Positions 1-8,568 of a stretch of 55,126 nt of DNA are shown one piece after another. The stretch lies in sequence record SRR22947727_234; one strand, 5' to 3'. The position numbers and the translations under genes are program-made. The stretch's first letter is position 1; each line of letters begins with the position of its first letter. The notes below the pieces were generated by a model. The model searched no databases and was not told the origin of the DNA. It saw only the letters and a program-made list of their open reading frames with translations.

Positions 1-363
1 CTGATAAAATTCGCGCACTTCCGGGCGGAACACATGCACAATCACATCGCCCGTATCCACAAGCACCCAATCGCCCGTGCCCTTGCCTTCGACCTTTGAC
101 AGAATACCAAGATCATCTTTCAAGCGGCTCTTCAACTTTTCGGAGATGGCCGCAACTTGGCGCGTAGAGCGCCCAGAACAGATCACCATATGATCGCCAA
201 TCTCAGAGATGCCCCGCAAATCTATTTGCACGACATCTTCGGCTTTATCATCGTCTAGGGATTTTAACACGGCGGCCAAGATAGCATCGCTCGTAACACT
301 CGATTGGCCTTTGGCCAATTTGCGCGCGGATCCTTCCGCGTCAGACGTCAAAGACAGGACCAT
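1..363 (-). CDS. rsfS: ribosome silencing factor RsfS (Iojap), 3' end runs off the window
   Basis: Not in the ORF track. Hand translation of the minus strand from ATG at 363 (GGAGG upstream) gives ...LDDDKAEDVVQIDLRG...GRSTRQVAAI...GDWVLVDTGDVIVHVFRPEVREFYQ, the RsfS signature. Confidence 0.93.
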   Translation of the reverse strand, partial: MVLSLTSDAEGSARKLAKGQSSVTSDAILAAVLKSLDDDKAEDVVQIDLRGISEIGDHMVICSGRSTRQVAAISEKLKSRLKDDLGILSKVEGKGTGDWVLVDTGDVIVHVFRPEVREFYQ

Positions 364-526
364 GTCCTCCAAAAAAATCGCCGCAACATCCCGGCGCCGG
401 GTGGTTCACCCTTAGCAGCCTCATTTAGATTCCTCAATCACCTGCTTTGATCGGCCGTAAAACTGTGGCCATCCGGCCCCAAAACGGAAAAATACCGCAT
501 TTCGTGCCTTTGATGTCGCCTCAATA

Positions 527-571
527 TTGACAATATTAGAAAATTAATTATTAATAAACAATAATTAATTT
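527..571 (+). promoter_or_regulatory. sigma70-type promoter overlapped by a palindromic operator, probably for the downstream XRE repressor
   Basis: TTGACA at 527-532; perfect 12-bp inverted repeat AAATTAATTATT (541-552) / AATAATTAATTT (560-571) with a 7-bp spacer. Confidence 0.6.
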
Positions 572-602
572 CATTCACAAGGCATTTCTCAGGAGTCTCA
601 TC

Positions 603-1136
603 ATGTCTCGCAAAATTAGAATTATATCTTCGGGGTATATTCTCTTCTCAACCCTCTTGGCAGTGTTCTTGGTTGCGCATTATGGGCATTTTCATTGGGT
701 TCATAACTAGCGCGATCCAGCCGCACTCGCCCAGCTCTTGCAGTTTTCAGATCCCACGATCGAAATCCCGCGCAGCTCACGGATCTTTATTGCCATTCTG
801 GACATGCTTCCTCTGGTGCCTAGCCTATGTGCACTCTATTTTGGAGCGCGCGTGATGGCCGATTTTCGATCCGGGCGCTATTTCACTGTCACTGTAACCC
901 GCTCAATGTCCCGCGGCGGGTTGAGCCTTATTGCCCTCGCATCATTGAAGTTTCTTTCCCTCAACATCATGATCCCCTATGTTTTTCGCTACGATCCTAT
1001 GGCTGACGTGCCCATCCGGTTTATGTTTGAACCCACCGACGCCGGTTTCCTTTTGGCTGGGGTGATGATCTGGATCATCGGATGGGTTCTGACCCAGGCG
1101 CTTGTGCTCAAGGCCGAACATGAGAGTATTGTGTGA
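603..1136 (+). pseudogene. DUF2975-like membrane protein interrupted by an in-frame TAG at 708-710
   Basis: AGGAG then ATG at 603; the frame reads MSRKIRIISSGYILFSTLLAVFLVAHYGHFHWVHN*RDPAALAQL and continues into ORF 738..1136; C-terminus ...GWVLTQALVLKAEHESIV and coupling to an XRE gene are typical of DUF2975. Confidence 0.7.
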
Positions 1137-1360
1137 TGGCGATTATCATTCGGTTAGATGTCATGTTGGCACTGCGCAAAATGCGCTCAAAAGATCTCGC
1201 CGCTGAAATTGGCTTAACAGAGGCCAATCTCAGCCTGCTTAAATCTGGCAAAGCCAAAGGGGTGCGATTCGACACTTTGGGGAAAATTTGCCGCGCATTG
1301 GACTGCCAGCCTGGCGATTTGCTGGAATTCGCAGAAGCGCCCACTTCGGCAGGGAAATAG
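1136..1360 (+). CDS. XRE/Cro family HTH transcriptional regulator (YozG-like)
   Basis: MAIIIRLDVMLALRKM...ANLSLLKSGKAKGVRFDTL...LDCQPGDLLEF; ATG overlaps the upstream TGA. Confidence 0.9.
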   Translation: MAIIIRLDVMLALRKMRSKDLAAEIGLTEANLSLLKSGKAKGVRFDTLGKICRALDCQPGDLLEFAEAPTSAGK

Positions 1361-1419
1361 GCGTAAACCTGCAACATCTGGAGGCTTGTGCCGGGCCTTG
1401 GGCCGGGGTATTCAGCGGC

Positions 1420-1521
1420 ATGAGCATGAGTATGGTCTTTGATATCGCCGATAGAGCGCGCCTGCCTTGGCGCTTCTTTGGTGTGGCAAAATCCAACCTA
1501 CGGCCGCGTCTTCACGGCTAA
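1420..1521 (+). CDS. putative 33-aa leader peptide (uORF) of leuC
   Basis: [33 protein letters not shown]; ends 52 nt before the leuC ATG; possible -35 TTGTGC (1386) and -10 TATTCA (1409) just upstream. Confidence 0.45.
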   Translation: MSMSMVFDIADRARLPWRFFGVAKSNLRPRLHG

Positions 1522-1573
1522 TCCCCTCTGTAAGACACGACACATTCGACGAACAACAAAAGGAACGCCTCAC

Positions 1574-2977
1574 ATGGCCCCTAAAACACTCTATGATAAA
1601 ATCTGGGACGCGCATGTCGCCCATGAAGCCGAAGATGGCACCTGCCTGCTCTATATCGACCGCCATTTGGTCCACGAAGTGACCAGCCCTCAAGCCTTTG
1701 AAGGCTTGCGGATGAATGGCCGGACGGTGCGCGCGCCAGAAAAAACCATCGCTGTGCCCGATCACAACGTGCCCACCACCCTGGATCGTCTGAAGGGCAT
1801 TGAAAACGCAGAAAGCCGCATCCAAGTGGAAGCTCTGGACACCAACGCGCGCGAATTCGGGCTTGTCTATTACCCGGTGGATGACGTGCGCCAGGGCATT
1901 GTGCACATCATCGGCCCTGAGCAGGGTTGGACCCTGCCCGGCATGACAATTGTCTGCGGCGACAGCCACACTGCCACCCATGGCGCCTTTGGCGCGCTGG
2001 CCCATGGCATCGGCACCTCTGAGGTGGAGCATGTTCTGGCCACGCAAACTTTGATCCAGAAAAAATCAAAAAACATGAAGGTCGAAATTACCGGCAAATT
2101 GAGCCCGGGCGTGACGGCGAAAGACATCACCTTGGCAGTGATCGGTGAGACCGGCACAGCCGGTGGCACAGGCTATGTGATTGAGTATTGCGGCGAGGCC
2201 ATTCGCAGCCTGTCAATGGAAGGGCGCATGACTGTGTGCAACATGGCCATCGAAGGCGGCGCACGCGCAGGTCTCATCGCACCGGATGAGACCACATTCG
2301 AATATTGCAAAGGCCGCCCCAATGCGCCCAGCGGCGAAACATGGGAGGCCGCGCTGGCCTATTGGAAAACGCTCTACACCGACGATGATGCGCATTTCGA
2401 CAAGGTCTTAACCTTGAAGGGTGAGGATATCGCCCCTGTGGTCACTTGGGGCACCAGCCCAGAGGATGTCTTGCCGATCACCGCAAGCGTGCCTTCGGCG
2501 CAGGATTTCTCTGGCGGCAAAGTCGAGGCGGCCCAGCGCAGCCTAGACTATATGGGCCTCACAGCGGGCACACCCCTGTGTGACATTGAGATTGATACAG
2601 TCTTCATCGGCTCTTGCACCAACGGGCGGATCGAGGATCTGCGCGCGGCGGCGAAAATTTTGAAGGGTCGTAAAATCAAAGAGGGCATGCGCGCGATGAT
2701 CGTGCCAGGCTCGGGTTTGGTGCGTGCGCAGGCCGAAGAAGAAGGTCTGGCGGACATCTTCAAGGAGGCCGGCTTCGAATGGCGCCTGGCGGGATGCTCA
2801 ATGTGTCTGGCGATGAACCCCGACCAATTGCAACCGGGCGAACGCTGCGCGGCCACGTCAAACCGCAACTTTGAAGGCCGCCAAGGCCGCGGCGGGCGTA
2901 CGCATTTGATGAGCCCTGCCATGGCTGCCGCTGCGGCCCTTACCGGAAAACTGACTGATGTGCGGGAGATGCTCTAA
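1574..2977 (+). CDS. leuC: 3-isopropylmalate dehydratase large subunit
   Basis: [11 protein letters not shown] start after [37 protein letters not shown] and [10 protein letters not shown] motifs. Confidence 0.98.
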   Translation: MAPKTLYDKIWDAHVAHEAEDGTCLLYIDRHLVHEVTSPQAFEGLRMNGRTVRAPEKTIAVPDHNVPTTLDRLKGIENAESRIQVEALDTNAREFGLVYYPVDDVRQGIVHIIGPEQGWTLPGMTIVCGDSHTATHGAFGALAHGIGTSEVEHVLATQTLIQKKSKNMKVEITGKLSPGVTAKDITLAVIGETGTAGGTGYVIEYCGEAIRSLSMEGRMTVCNMAIEGGARAGLIAPDETTFEYCKGRPNAPSGETWEAALAYWKTLYTDDDAHFDKVLTLKGEDIAPVVTWGTSPEDVLPITASVPSAQDFSGGKVEAAQRSLDYMGLTAGTPLCDIEIDTVFIGSCTNGRIEDLRAAAKILKGRKIKEGMRAMIVPGSGLVRAQAEEEGLADIFKEAGFEWRLAGCSMCLAMNPDQLQPGERCAATSNRNFEGRQGRGGRTHLMSPAMAAAAALTGKLTDVREML

Positions 2978-3582
2978 TGGAAAAATTCGAAAAACTCACC
3001 GCCATTGCGGCCCCCATGCCGTTGATCAATATCGACACCGATATGATCATTCCAAAGCAGTTTTTGAAAACCATCAAACGCTCCGGGCTTGGCGTCAGCG
3101 CCTTTCATGAGATGCGCTATAATCTCGATGGCAGCGAAAACCCCGATTTCGTGCTCAACAAAGACGCCTATAAAGGTGCCAATATTTTGGTTGCCGGTGA
3201 CAATTTCGGTTGTGGCTCCTCACGCGAACATGCGCCTTGGGCGTTGCTCGATTTTGGCATCCGCTGCGTGATCTCAACCAGCTTTGCGGATATCTTTTAC
3301 AACAACTGCTTTAAAAACGGTATCTTGCCTGTGGTTGTCTCCGAAGACCAGCTGCAACTTCTGATGAAAGATGCCGAAAAAGGCAGCAATGCGCGCATGG
3401 TGGTTGATCTGGAAAACCAGCAGATTGAGACCTCTGATGGCAAGGTCATCGCCTTCGATTTGGATCAACACCGCAAGCATTGCTTGATTAATGGACTCGA
3501 CGACATCGGCCTATCGATGGAAAAAATTGCTTCTGTCGACGCCTTTGAAGCGCAAATGGCGCAGAGCGCTCCTTGGGTCTGA
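2977..3582 (+). CDS. leuD: 3-isopropylmalate dehydratase small subunit
   Basis: [28 protein letters not shown]; coupled to leuC. Confidence 0.98.
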   Translation: MEKFEKLTAIAAPMPLINIDTDMIIPKQFLKTIKRSGLGVSAFHEMRYNLDGSENPDFVLNKDAYKGANILVAGDNFGCGSSREHAPWALLDFGIRCVISTSFADIFYNNCFKNGILPVVVSEDQLQLLMKDAEKGSNARMVVDLENQQIETSDGKVIAFDLDQHRKHCLINGLDDIGLSMEKIASVDAFEAQMAQSAPWV

Positions 3583-3586
3583 TCGC

Positions 3587-3615
3587 TTTGGCCAGCCAAA
3601 GATCGGCTGGCCAAA
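3587..3615. terminator. stem-loop after leuD
   Basis: TTTGGCCAGCC-N7-GGCTGGCCAAA perfect 11-bp stem; no U-tract on the + strand. Confidence 0.5.
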
Positions 3616-3711
3616 ACACCCCCCCGCGCGACAGGGGATTTGAAAAACGTCGCGTAATTCACTTAATAATTGATCGAATATTAAGAGTTTTGATCTCCAC
3701 TCAGGCTCGCC

Positions 3712-4845
3712 ATGAGCCAGACATTCGACCCAAATGCCATTTTGTTCATCCACCCGTCGCATCCATCGATGCGCCGGCGACGATATCTGCGCAGGTTTCG
3801 GGCCTGGATGCGCGCGCTCGCTCTTTTGATCCTTTTATGTCTGATCTACCCTGCGCCAGCCGTCAGTGAAACACTGCGATTGGCCAGCTACACCGCCGCG
3901 CTTGAGCGCAATGCGCCGGGGCTCTTATACCGCGACATCCTATACGGAAAATCATCCCAAATTCGCGCAGCGCTCCGTCTTATAGCCACAATCAAACCGG
4001 ATGTTTTGGCGCTGCAACGCTTTGATTGGGATGCAGAGCTGCGCGCGGCGCGCGCCTTTCAATCGGCGCTCAAAGCGCAGGGGTGGGAGATGCGAAATCT
4101 TTTGGCACCACGGCCCAACACAGGGGTGGCAACCGGCGTCGATATTGATGGAAATGGGCAAATCGGTGGGCCGGGGGATGCGCAAAGCTATGGCATTTTC
4201 GCCGGGCAAAGAGGGCTTTTGCTTCTATCGCGCCTGCCATTCGACGTGCAAAATAGCAAAGATCACAGCCAAATTCTTTGGGCGGACGTACCACAAACGC
4301 AAAGTACAGACCCGCCTGAAATTGCCAAGGTGCAAAGGCTGGCCTATGTGGCGATGCTGCAGACCTCGATCACCTGGCGGCAGCACCCCATTTCCCTCCT
4401 CACATTTCACGCCAGCCCACCAGTCTTTGACGGGCCAGAGGACCGCAACGGCCGCCGCAATGCCGATGAGATTGCCTATGCCGCCGCCCTGATAGATCAA
4501 CTCCCCAAACCCTTCGTGCTGCTGACCAATACCAATCTTGATCCTTTTGATGGCGAGGGGCACAATGAGGTGATGCGGCAGCTTCTGGCCCATCCCAAGC
4601 TGCAAGACCTGACGCCTGCCAGCCCAGGCGGGCAAGCATCTGCCAACCCGCGGCATCGCGGTCCGGCGCAGCTCGACACGGTGGATTGGCCCGATCCGCG
4701 GCCCGGAAATCTGCGGGTCAATTATATCCTACCCTCTCGGGACTTTGCCTTGCACGACGGCAAGGTTCATTGGCCAACCAAGGATTTTCCTGACCCTCAT
4801 GGAAATTCGCACAGATTGGTCTGGCAGGATGTCTCACTTCCTTGA
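3712..4845 (+). CDS. endonuclease/exonuclease/phosphatase (EEP) family protein, probably secreted; real start may be ATG 3808
   Basis: HASPPVFDGPEDRNGRRNADEI, GNLRVNYILPS, SHRLVW; signal-peptide-like MRALALLILLCLIYPAPAVS from 3808. Confidence 0.75.
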   Translation: MSQTFDPNAILFIHPSHPSMRRRRYLRRFRAWMRALALLILLCLIYPAPAVSETLRLASYTAALERNAPGLLYRDILYGKSSQIRAALRLIATIKPDVLALQRFDWDAELRAARAFQSALKAQGWEMRNLLAPRPNTGVATGVDIDGNGQIGGPGDAQSYGIFAGQRGLLLLSRLPFDVQNSKDHSQILWADVPQTQSTDPPEIAKVQRLAYVAMLQTSITWRQHPISLLTFHASPPVFDGPEDRNGRRNADEIAYAAALIDQLPKPFVLLTNTNLDPFDGEGHNEVMRQLLAHPKLQDLTPASPGGQASANPRHRGPAQLDTVDWPDPRPGNLRVNYILPSRDFALHDGKVHWPTKDFPDPHGNSHRLVWQDVSLP

Positions 4846-4899
4846 CCCCATAGGCCCATGGGGCTAGTCAGCAAGTTGACACAAACGAAAGGGCTATCC

Positions 4900-6006
4900 A
4901 TGAGCACTCACTCCCTCCTAATTTTGCCCGGCGACGGGATTGGTCCTGAAGTCATGACCGAAGTGCGCAAAGTCATTGCCTGGCTGGCCGAACATCGGGA
5001 CGTCCATTTTGACGTGTCCGAAGATCTGGTTGGCGGCGCGGCCTATGATGTGCACGGCGTGCCTTTGCATGATGACACAATGGCAAAAGCACAGGCCGCG
5101 GATGCGGTATTGCTTGGCGCTGTTGGCGGACCAAAATATGACACTCTTGATTTTTCCTTGAAACCAGAACGCGGCCTGCTGCGCCTGCGCAAGGAGATGG
5201 ATCTCTTCGCAAACCTACGTCCTGCGCAATGTTTTGACGCGCTGGCCGATTTCTCCTCGCTCAAACGCGATGTGGTTGCGGGCCTCGATATCGTTATCGT
5301 GCGCGAATTGACCTCCGGCAGCTATTTTGGCGAGCCGCGTGGCATCTTCAAAGAAGGCAACGAGCGCGTCGGCATCAACACCCACCGCTATACTGAATCC
5401 GAAATTGAACGCGCCGCGCGCGCGGCCTTTGAGCTGGCCCGCCGCCGCAGCAACCGGGTTTGCTCAATGGAAAAAGCCAATGTGATGGAAGCAGGCGTTT
5501 TGTGGCGCGATGTGGTGACAGAAGTGCATCAGGTCGATTACGCCGATGTCGAACTGTCGCATATGTACGCCGATAATGGCGCCATGCAGCTGGTGCGTGC
5601 GCCGAAGCAATTTGACGTGATCCTCACTGACAATTTATTTGGCGATATCCTCTCCGATTGCGCCGCGATGCTGACAGGCTCGCTGGGCATGTTGCCCTCT
5701 GCCAGCCTTGGCGCGCCAATGGAAAATGGCCGTCCGAAAGCACTCTATGAGCCGGTGCATGGCTCCGCACCAGATATTACAGGACAGGGCAAAGCCAATC
5801 CAACGGCCTGCGTTTTGTCTTTCGCCATGGCGCTGCGCTATTCTTTTGATCTGGGCGCGGAAGCGACACGGATTGAAACTGCGGTCGAAAAAGTCCTCGC
5901 CGATGGGGTCCGCACGGCCGATCTGTTGCAGGCCGAAGGCGATACCGCTGTTTCCACAACACAGATGGGTGATGCCATCGTGGCCGCTTTGACCGCCAGC
6001 CTGTAA
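4900..6006 (+). CDS. leuB: 3-isopropylmalate dehydrogenase
   Basis: [40 protein letters not shown]. Confidence 0.98.
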   Translation: MSTHSLLILPGDGIGPEVMTEVRKVIAWLAEHRDVHFDVSEDLVGGAAYDVHGVPLHDDTMAKAQAADAVLLGAVGGPKYDTLDFSLKPERGLLRLRKEMDLFANLRPAQCFDALADFSSLKRDVVAGLDIVIVRELTSGSYFGEPRGIFKEGNERVGINTHRYTESEIERAARAAFELARRRSNRVCSMEKANVMEAGVLWRDVVTEVHQVDYADVELSHMYADNGAMQLVRAPKQFDVILTDNLFGDILSDCAAMLTGSLGMLPSASLGAPMENGRPKALYEPVHGSAPDITGQGKANPTACVLSFAMALRYSFDLGAEATRIETAVEKVLADGVRTADLLQAEGDTAVSTTQMGDAIVAALTASL

Positions 6007-6023
6007 AAAGGTCCTCAAAAAAC

Positions 6024-6055
6024 AAAAACGCTGGGTTCGCCTGGCGTTTTTTTTT
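6024..6055 (+). terminator. Rho-independent terminator of leuB
   Basis: AAAAACGCTGGG-TTCG-CCTGGCG followed by T9. Confidence 0.85.
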
Positions 6056-6088
6056 GACAAAGCCAGTGAAAACCGGTGCACTGCGGAT

Positions 6089-6874
6089 ATGGATATTATT
6101 GACACCGACCGCTACCCGATTGACCAACCTGACAGTGCCGAGTACCGCGCGCTTTGTGCGCGATGCCAGGCCGATCTTGACACTCAAGGACTTTTCAACC
6201 TGCCTGGCTTCCTACGCCCCGAGGCCATAGAACGCACGCTCGATTGGGTCAAACCAGTCATCGCGCGAGATGCTTTTGTGCATAAGCGGGCCCATAACAT
6301 CTATTTCAAGAAAGAGATTCCTGGCCTCGCGCCCGGTCATCCAGCCTTGCAAGAGCTGCAAACCATCAATCATACAATCTGTGCCGATCAAATTGAGGGC
6401 AGCCCCATAACCCGGCTTTATGACTGGCCTGCTTTTGCCAGTTTTTTGACCCATGTCATGAATAAGCCCGCGCTTTACACAATGGATGATCGAATCGCCG
6501 GGGCCAATGTCATGACCTATTACCATGGCGAGGCGCTGAATTGGCATTTTGACCGCTCAGAATTTACCACAACGCTGCTTCTACAAGCCCCAAAGGCCGG
6601 CGGTGAGTTTGAGTATCTGCGCGATCTGCGCACCGCAGAGGATCCCAACTATGCCGGGGTGGCAGAGCTTTTGATGGGCAAGCGCCAGACGCAGATTTGC
6701 CCGCAAGACGCCGGAACCTTGAACGTGTTTCGCGGCGTGAATACCGCGCACCGGGTCACGCCGGTGGAGGGAGACCGGCCGAGAATCAATGCGGTTTTAA
6801 CCTATTACGAAACCCCCGGCCGGCGATTCTCAGAGCAAGAGCATCTCGGATTTTATGGCAGAACATTGGCCTAA
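6089..6874 (+). CDS. 2-oxoglutarate/Fe(II) dioxygenase, BesD/HalD-fold, hydroxylase type (HxD)
   Basis: LNWHFDRSEFTTTLLLQAP..GGEFEY; distal His in GVNTAHRVTPV; 2OG-binding Arg in RPRINAVL. Confidence 0.8.
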   Translation: MDIIDTDRYPIDQPDSAEYRALCARCQADLDTQGLFNLPGFLRPEAIERTLDWVKPVIARDAFVHKRAHNIYFKKEIPGLAPGHPALQELQTINHTICADQIEGSPITRLYDWPAFASFLTHVMNKPALYTMDDRIAGANVMTYYHGEALNWHFDRSEFTTTLLLQAPKAGGEFEYLRDLRTAEDPNYAGVAELLMGKRQTQICPQDAGTLNVFRGVNTAHRVTPVEGDRPRINAVLTYYETPGRRFSEQEHLGFYGRTLA

Positions 6875-6923
6875 CGGCCCATTCTGTCGCAGATAGACCT
6901 CTCTAGGGTCGTCTTTGTAAAAT

Positions 6924-6948
6924 TATTGTATGCAATATGTATACAATA
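6924..6948. promoter_or_regulatory. tandem GntR/FadR-type operator
   Basis: TATTGTATGCAATATGTATACAATA contains two TGTATRCAA boxes and is near-palindromic; lies directly upstream of the GntR gene RBS. Confidence 0.7.
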
Positions 6949-6965
6949 TAAGGCAAGGAGACCCT

Positions 6966-7670
6966 ATGACGACTAGCCGCAAATCTCAATGTCTGGACGC
7001 GATCCGTCACCAAATCCTTTCGCTCGCGCTGCCACCGGGCAGTGATTTGGACGAGGCCAAACTCGGTGCAGAATTTGGCATGTCACGCACCCCACTGCGC
7101 GAAGTTTTGCAAAAACTCGCGGGAGAAGGCTTTGTCGATATCACCCAAAATAAGGGGGCAAAGGTCGTCTCGATGGACATGGCCGTGATGCGCAGTTTTT
7201 TCCAAACGGCGCCACTGATCTATGCCAATATCGCGCGTCTTGCCTGTGAAAATCGCAGCCTGCCACAGCTGAAGGCGCTCAAAATCAGCCAGCAACAGTT
7301 TAAAAAGGCCACCCTCAACAATGACCCCGCACAAGCGGCGATGCACAATCATCAATTCCATCACATCATTGGGGATATGTCGCAAAATTGCTACTTGATC
7401 CCAAGCCTCCAGCGCATGCTCATTGATCATACGCGCCTGAGCCAAACCTTCTATCGACCCGCGTCACCGGCTGAAAGCGCGCTGGTCAGACAGGCCTGCG
7501 AACAGCATGACCAGATGATCGCCGCCATTGAAAACCGGCAAGCAGAGGTCGCCGTTGATCTGACTTTGCAGCATTGGGCCCTGTCGCAAAACCGTATGGA
7601 GCGTTTCGTGCGCCCCGATCCATTGCCCGTTGAACTGGCCAGCCCGAAGGAGACAGCCAATGCAATTTGA
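6966..7670 (+). CDS. GntR family (FCD) transcriptional regulator
   Basis: LPPGSDLDEAKLGAEFGMSRTPLRE wHTH; NHQFH in FCD domain; AAGGAG RBS. Confidence 0.92.
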   Translation: MTTSRKSQCLDAIRHQILSLALPPGSDLDEAKLGAEFGMSRTPLREVLQKLAGEGFVDITQNKGAKVVSMDMAVMRSFFQTAPLIYANIARLACENRSLPQLKALKISQQQFKKATLNNDPAQAAMHNHQFHHIIGDMSQNCYLIPSLQRMLIDHTRLSQTFYRPASPAESALVRQACEQHDQMIAAIENRQAEVAVDLTLQHWALSQNRMERFVRPDPLPVELASPKETANAI

Positions 7671-8568
7671 AGGCATCTATACCCCCGTGATCACCCCTTA
7701 TCACAATGATTTTTCGTTAAATCAGGATGCATTGGAGGCCACGATCAACCGTCTGATCGAGGCTGGAGTTCATGGTTTGATTATCGCGGGCACAACCGGC
7801 GAGTATTACGCTCAGAGCACCGATGAGCGGGTTGAAATGATGTCTGTTGCGCATGAAATCATTGCCGGAAGGCGGCCGATGATTGTGGGCACGGGCGCTA
7901 TTCGTACGGAGGATTCAATTCTCTATGCCAAGGCGGCCAAAAAAGCGGGTGCAGATGCGCTTTTGATTGCCACCCCGCCCTATGCCTATCCGACAGGTCG
8001 CGAGATTGCCCTGCATGCTTTGGCGATCGACCGCGCGGCAGATCTGCCGGCCATGCTCTACAATTATCCCGGCCGTATGTGCGTCAATATGGATGAGGAG
8101 ACCCTCGACCGTCTGGGCCGCAGCCCAAATTTCTGCGCCATTAAGGAAAGCTCGGGCGATCCCAATCGGCTGCATATGCTGGCCCGCGATTATCCGCATA
8201 TTGCCCTGTCTTGCGGCATGGATGATCAGGCGTTGGAATTCTTCGCCTGGGGCGCGCGCAGCTGGGTCTGCGCCGGGTCCAATTTTGCCCCCGAGGCGCA
8301 TATTGCTCTCTACCAAAGCTGCGCTGTGGAGGGAAATTTCACCAAAGGGCGCGCGATCATGTCGGCCATGCTGCCCTTGATGCGGGTGCTCGAGCAGGGT
8401 GGGAAATTTGTTCAATGTATCAAATACGGCCTGACCCTACGCGGCATTGACGCAGGCCCGCCCCGCAAGCCGCTGCAACCGCTCAACAAAGACGACAAAC
8501 GCCAACTGGCTGAGGTCATCGCAACGATGGACATCGCCATTGCACATATCATGGGAGAAGGCGCATGA
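7660..8568 (+). CDS. DapA/DHDPS-family Schiff-base lyase, probably catabolic
   Basis: GTTGE, YNYP and AIKES motifs; sits inside a catabolic operon. Confidence 0.88.
   Translation: MQFEGIYTPVITPYHNDFSLNQDALEATINRLIEAGVHGLIIAGTTGEYYAQSTDERVEMMSVAHEIIAGRRPMIVGTGAIRTEDSILYAKAAKKAGADALLIATPPYAYPTGREIALHALAIDRAADLPAMLYNYPGRMCVNMDEETLDRLGRSPNFCAIKESSGDPNRLHMLARDYPHIALSCGMDDQALEFFAWGARSWVCAGSNFAPEAHIALYQSCAVEGNFTKGRAIMSAMLPLMRVLEQGGKFVQCIKYGLTLRGIDAGPPRKPLQPLNKDDKRQLAEVIATMDIAIAHIMGEGA

Noticed and set aside
708..710. Pyrrolysine read-through of the TAG, suggested by the MttB-family gene in the window
   Set aside because: The MttB gene has no amber codon and no pyl genes are present in the window; a nonsense mutation or sequencing error is simpler.
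3663..3684. FNR or CtrA box upstream of the EEP gene
   Set aside because: Matches neither TTGAT-N4-ATCAA nor TTAA-N7-TTAA spacing; kept only as an unassigned palindrome.
6089..6874. Amino-acid halogenase (BesD/HalD)
   Set aside because: The HFD motif retains the Asp ligand; halogenases have Gly or Ala there.
7660..8568. Biosynthetic dapA, given asd, dapD and dapE in the window
   Set aside because: It lies in a GntR catabolic operon, and GTTGEYYA and NYPGR differ from the usual DapA GTTGESPT and NVPGRT-type motifs.
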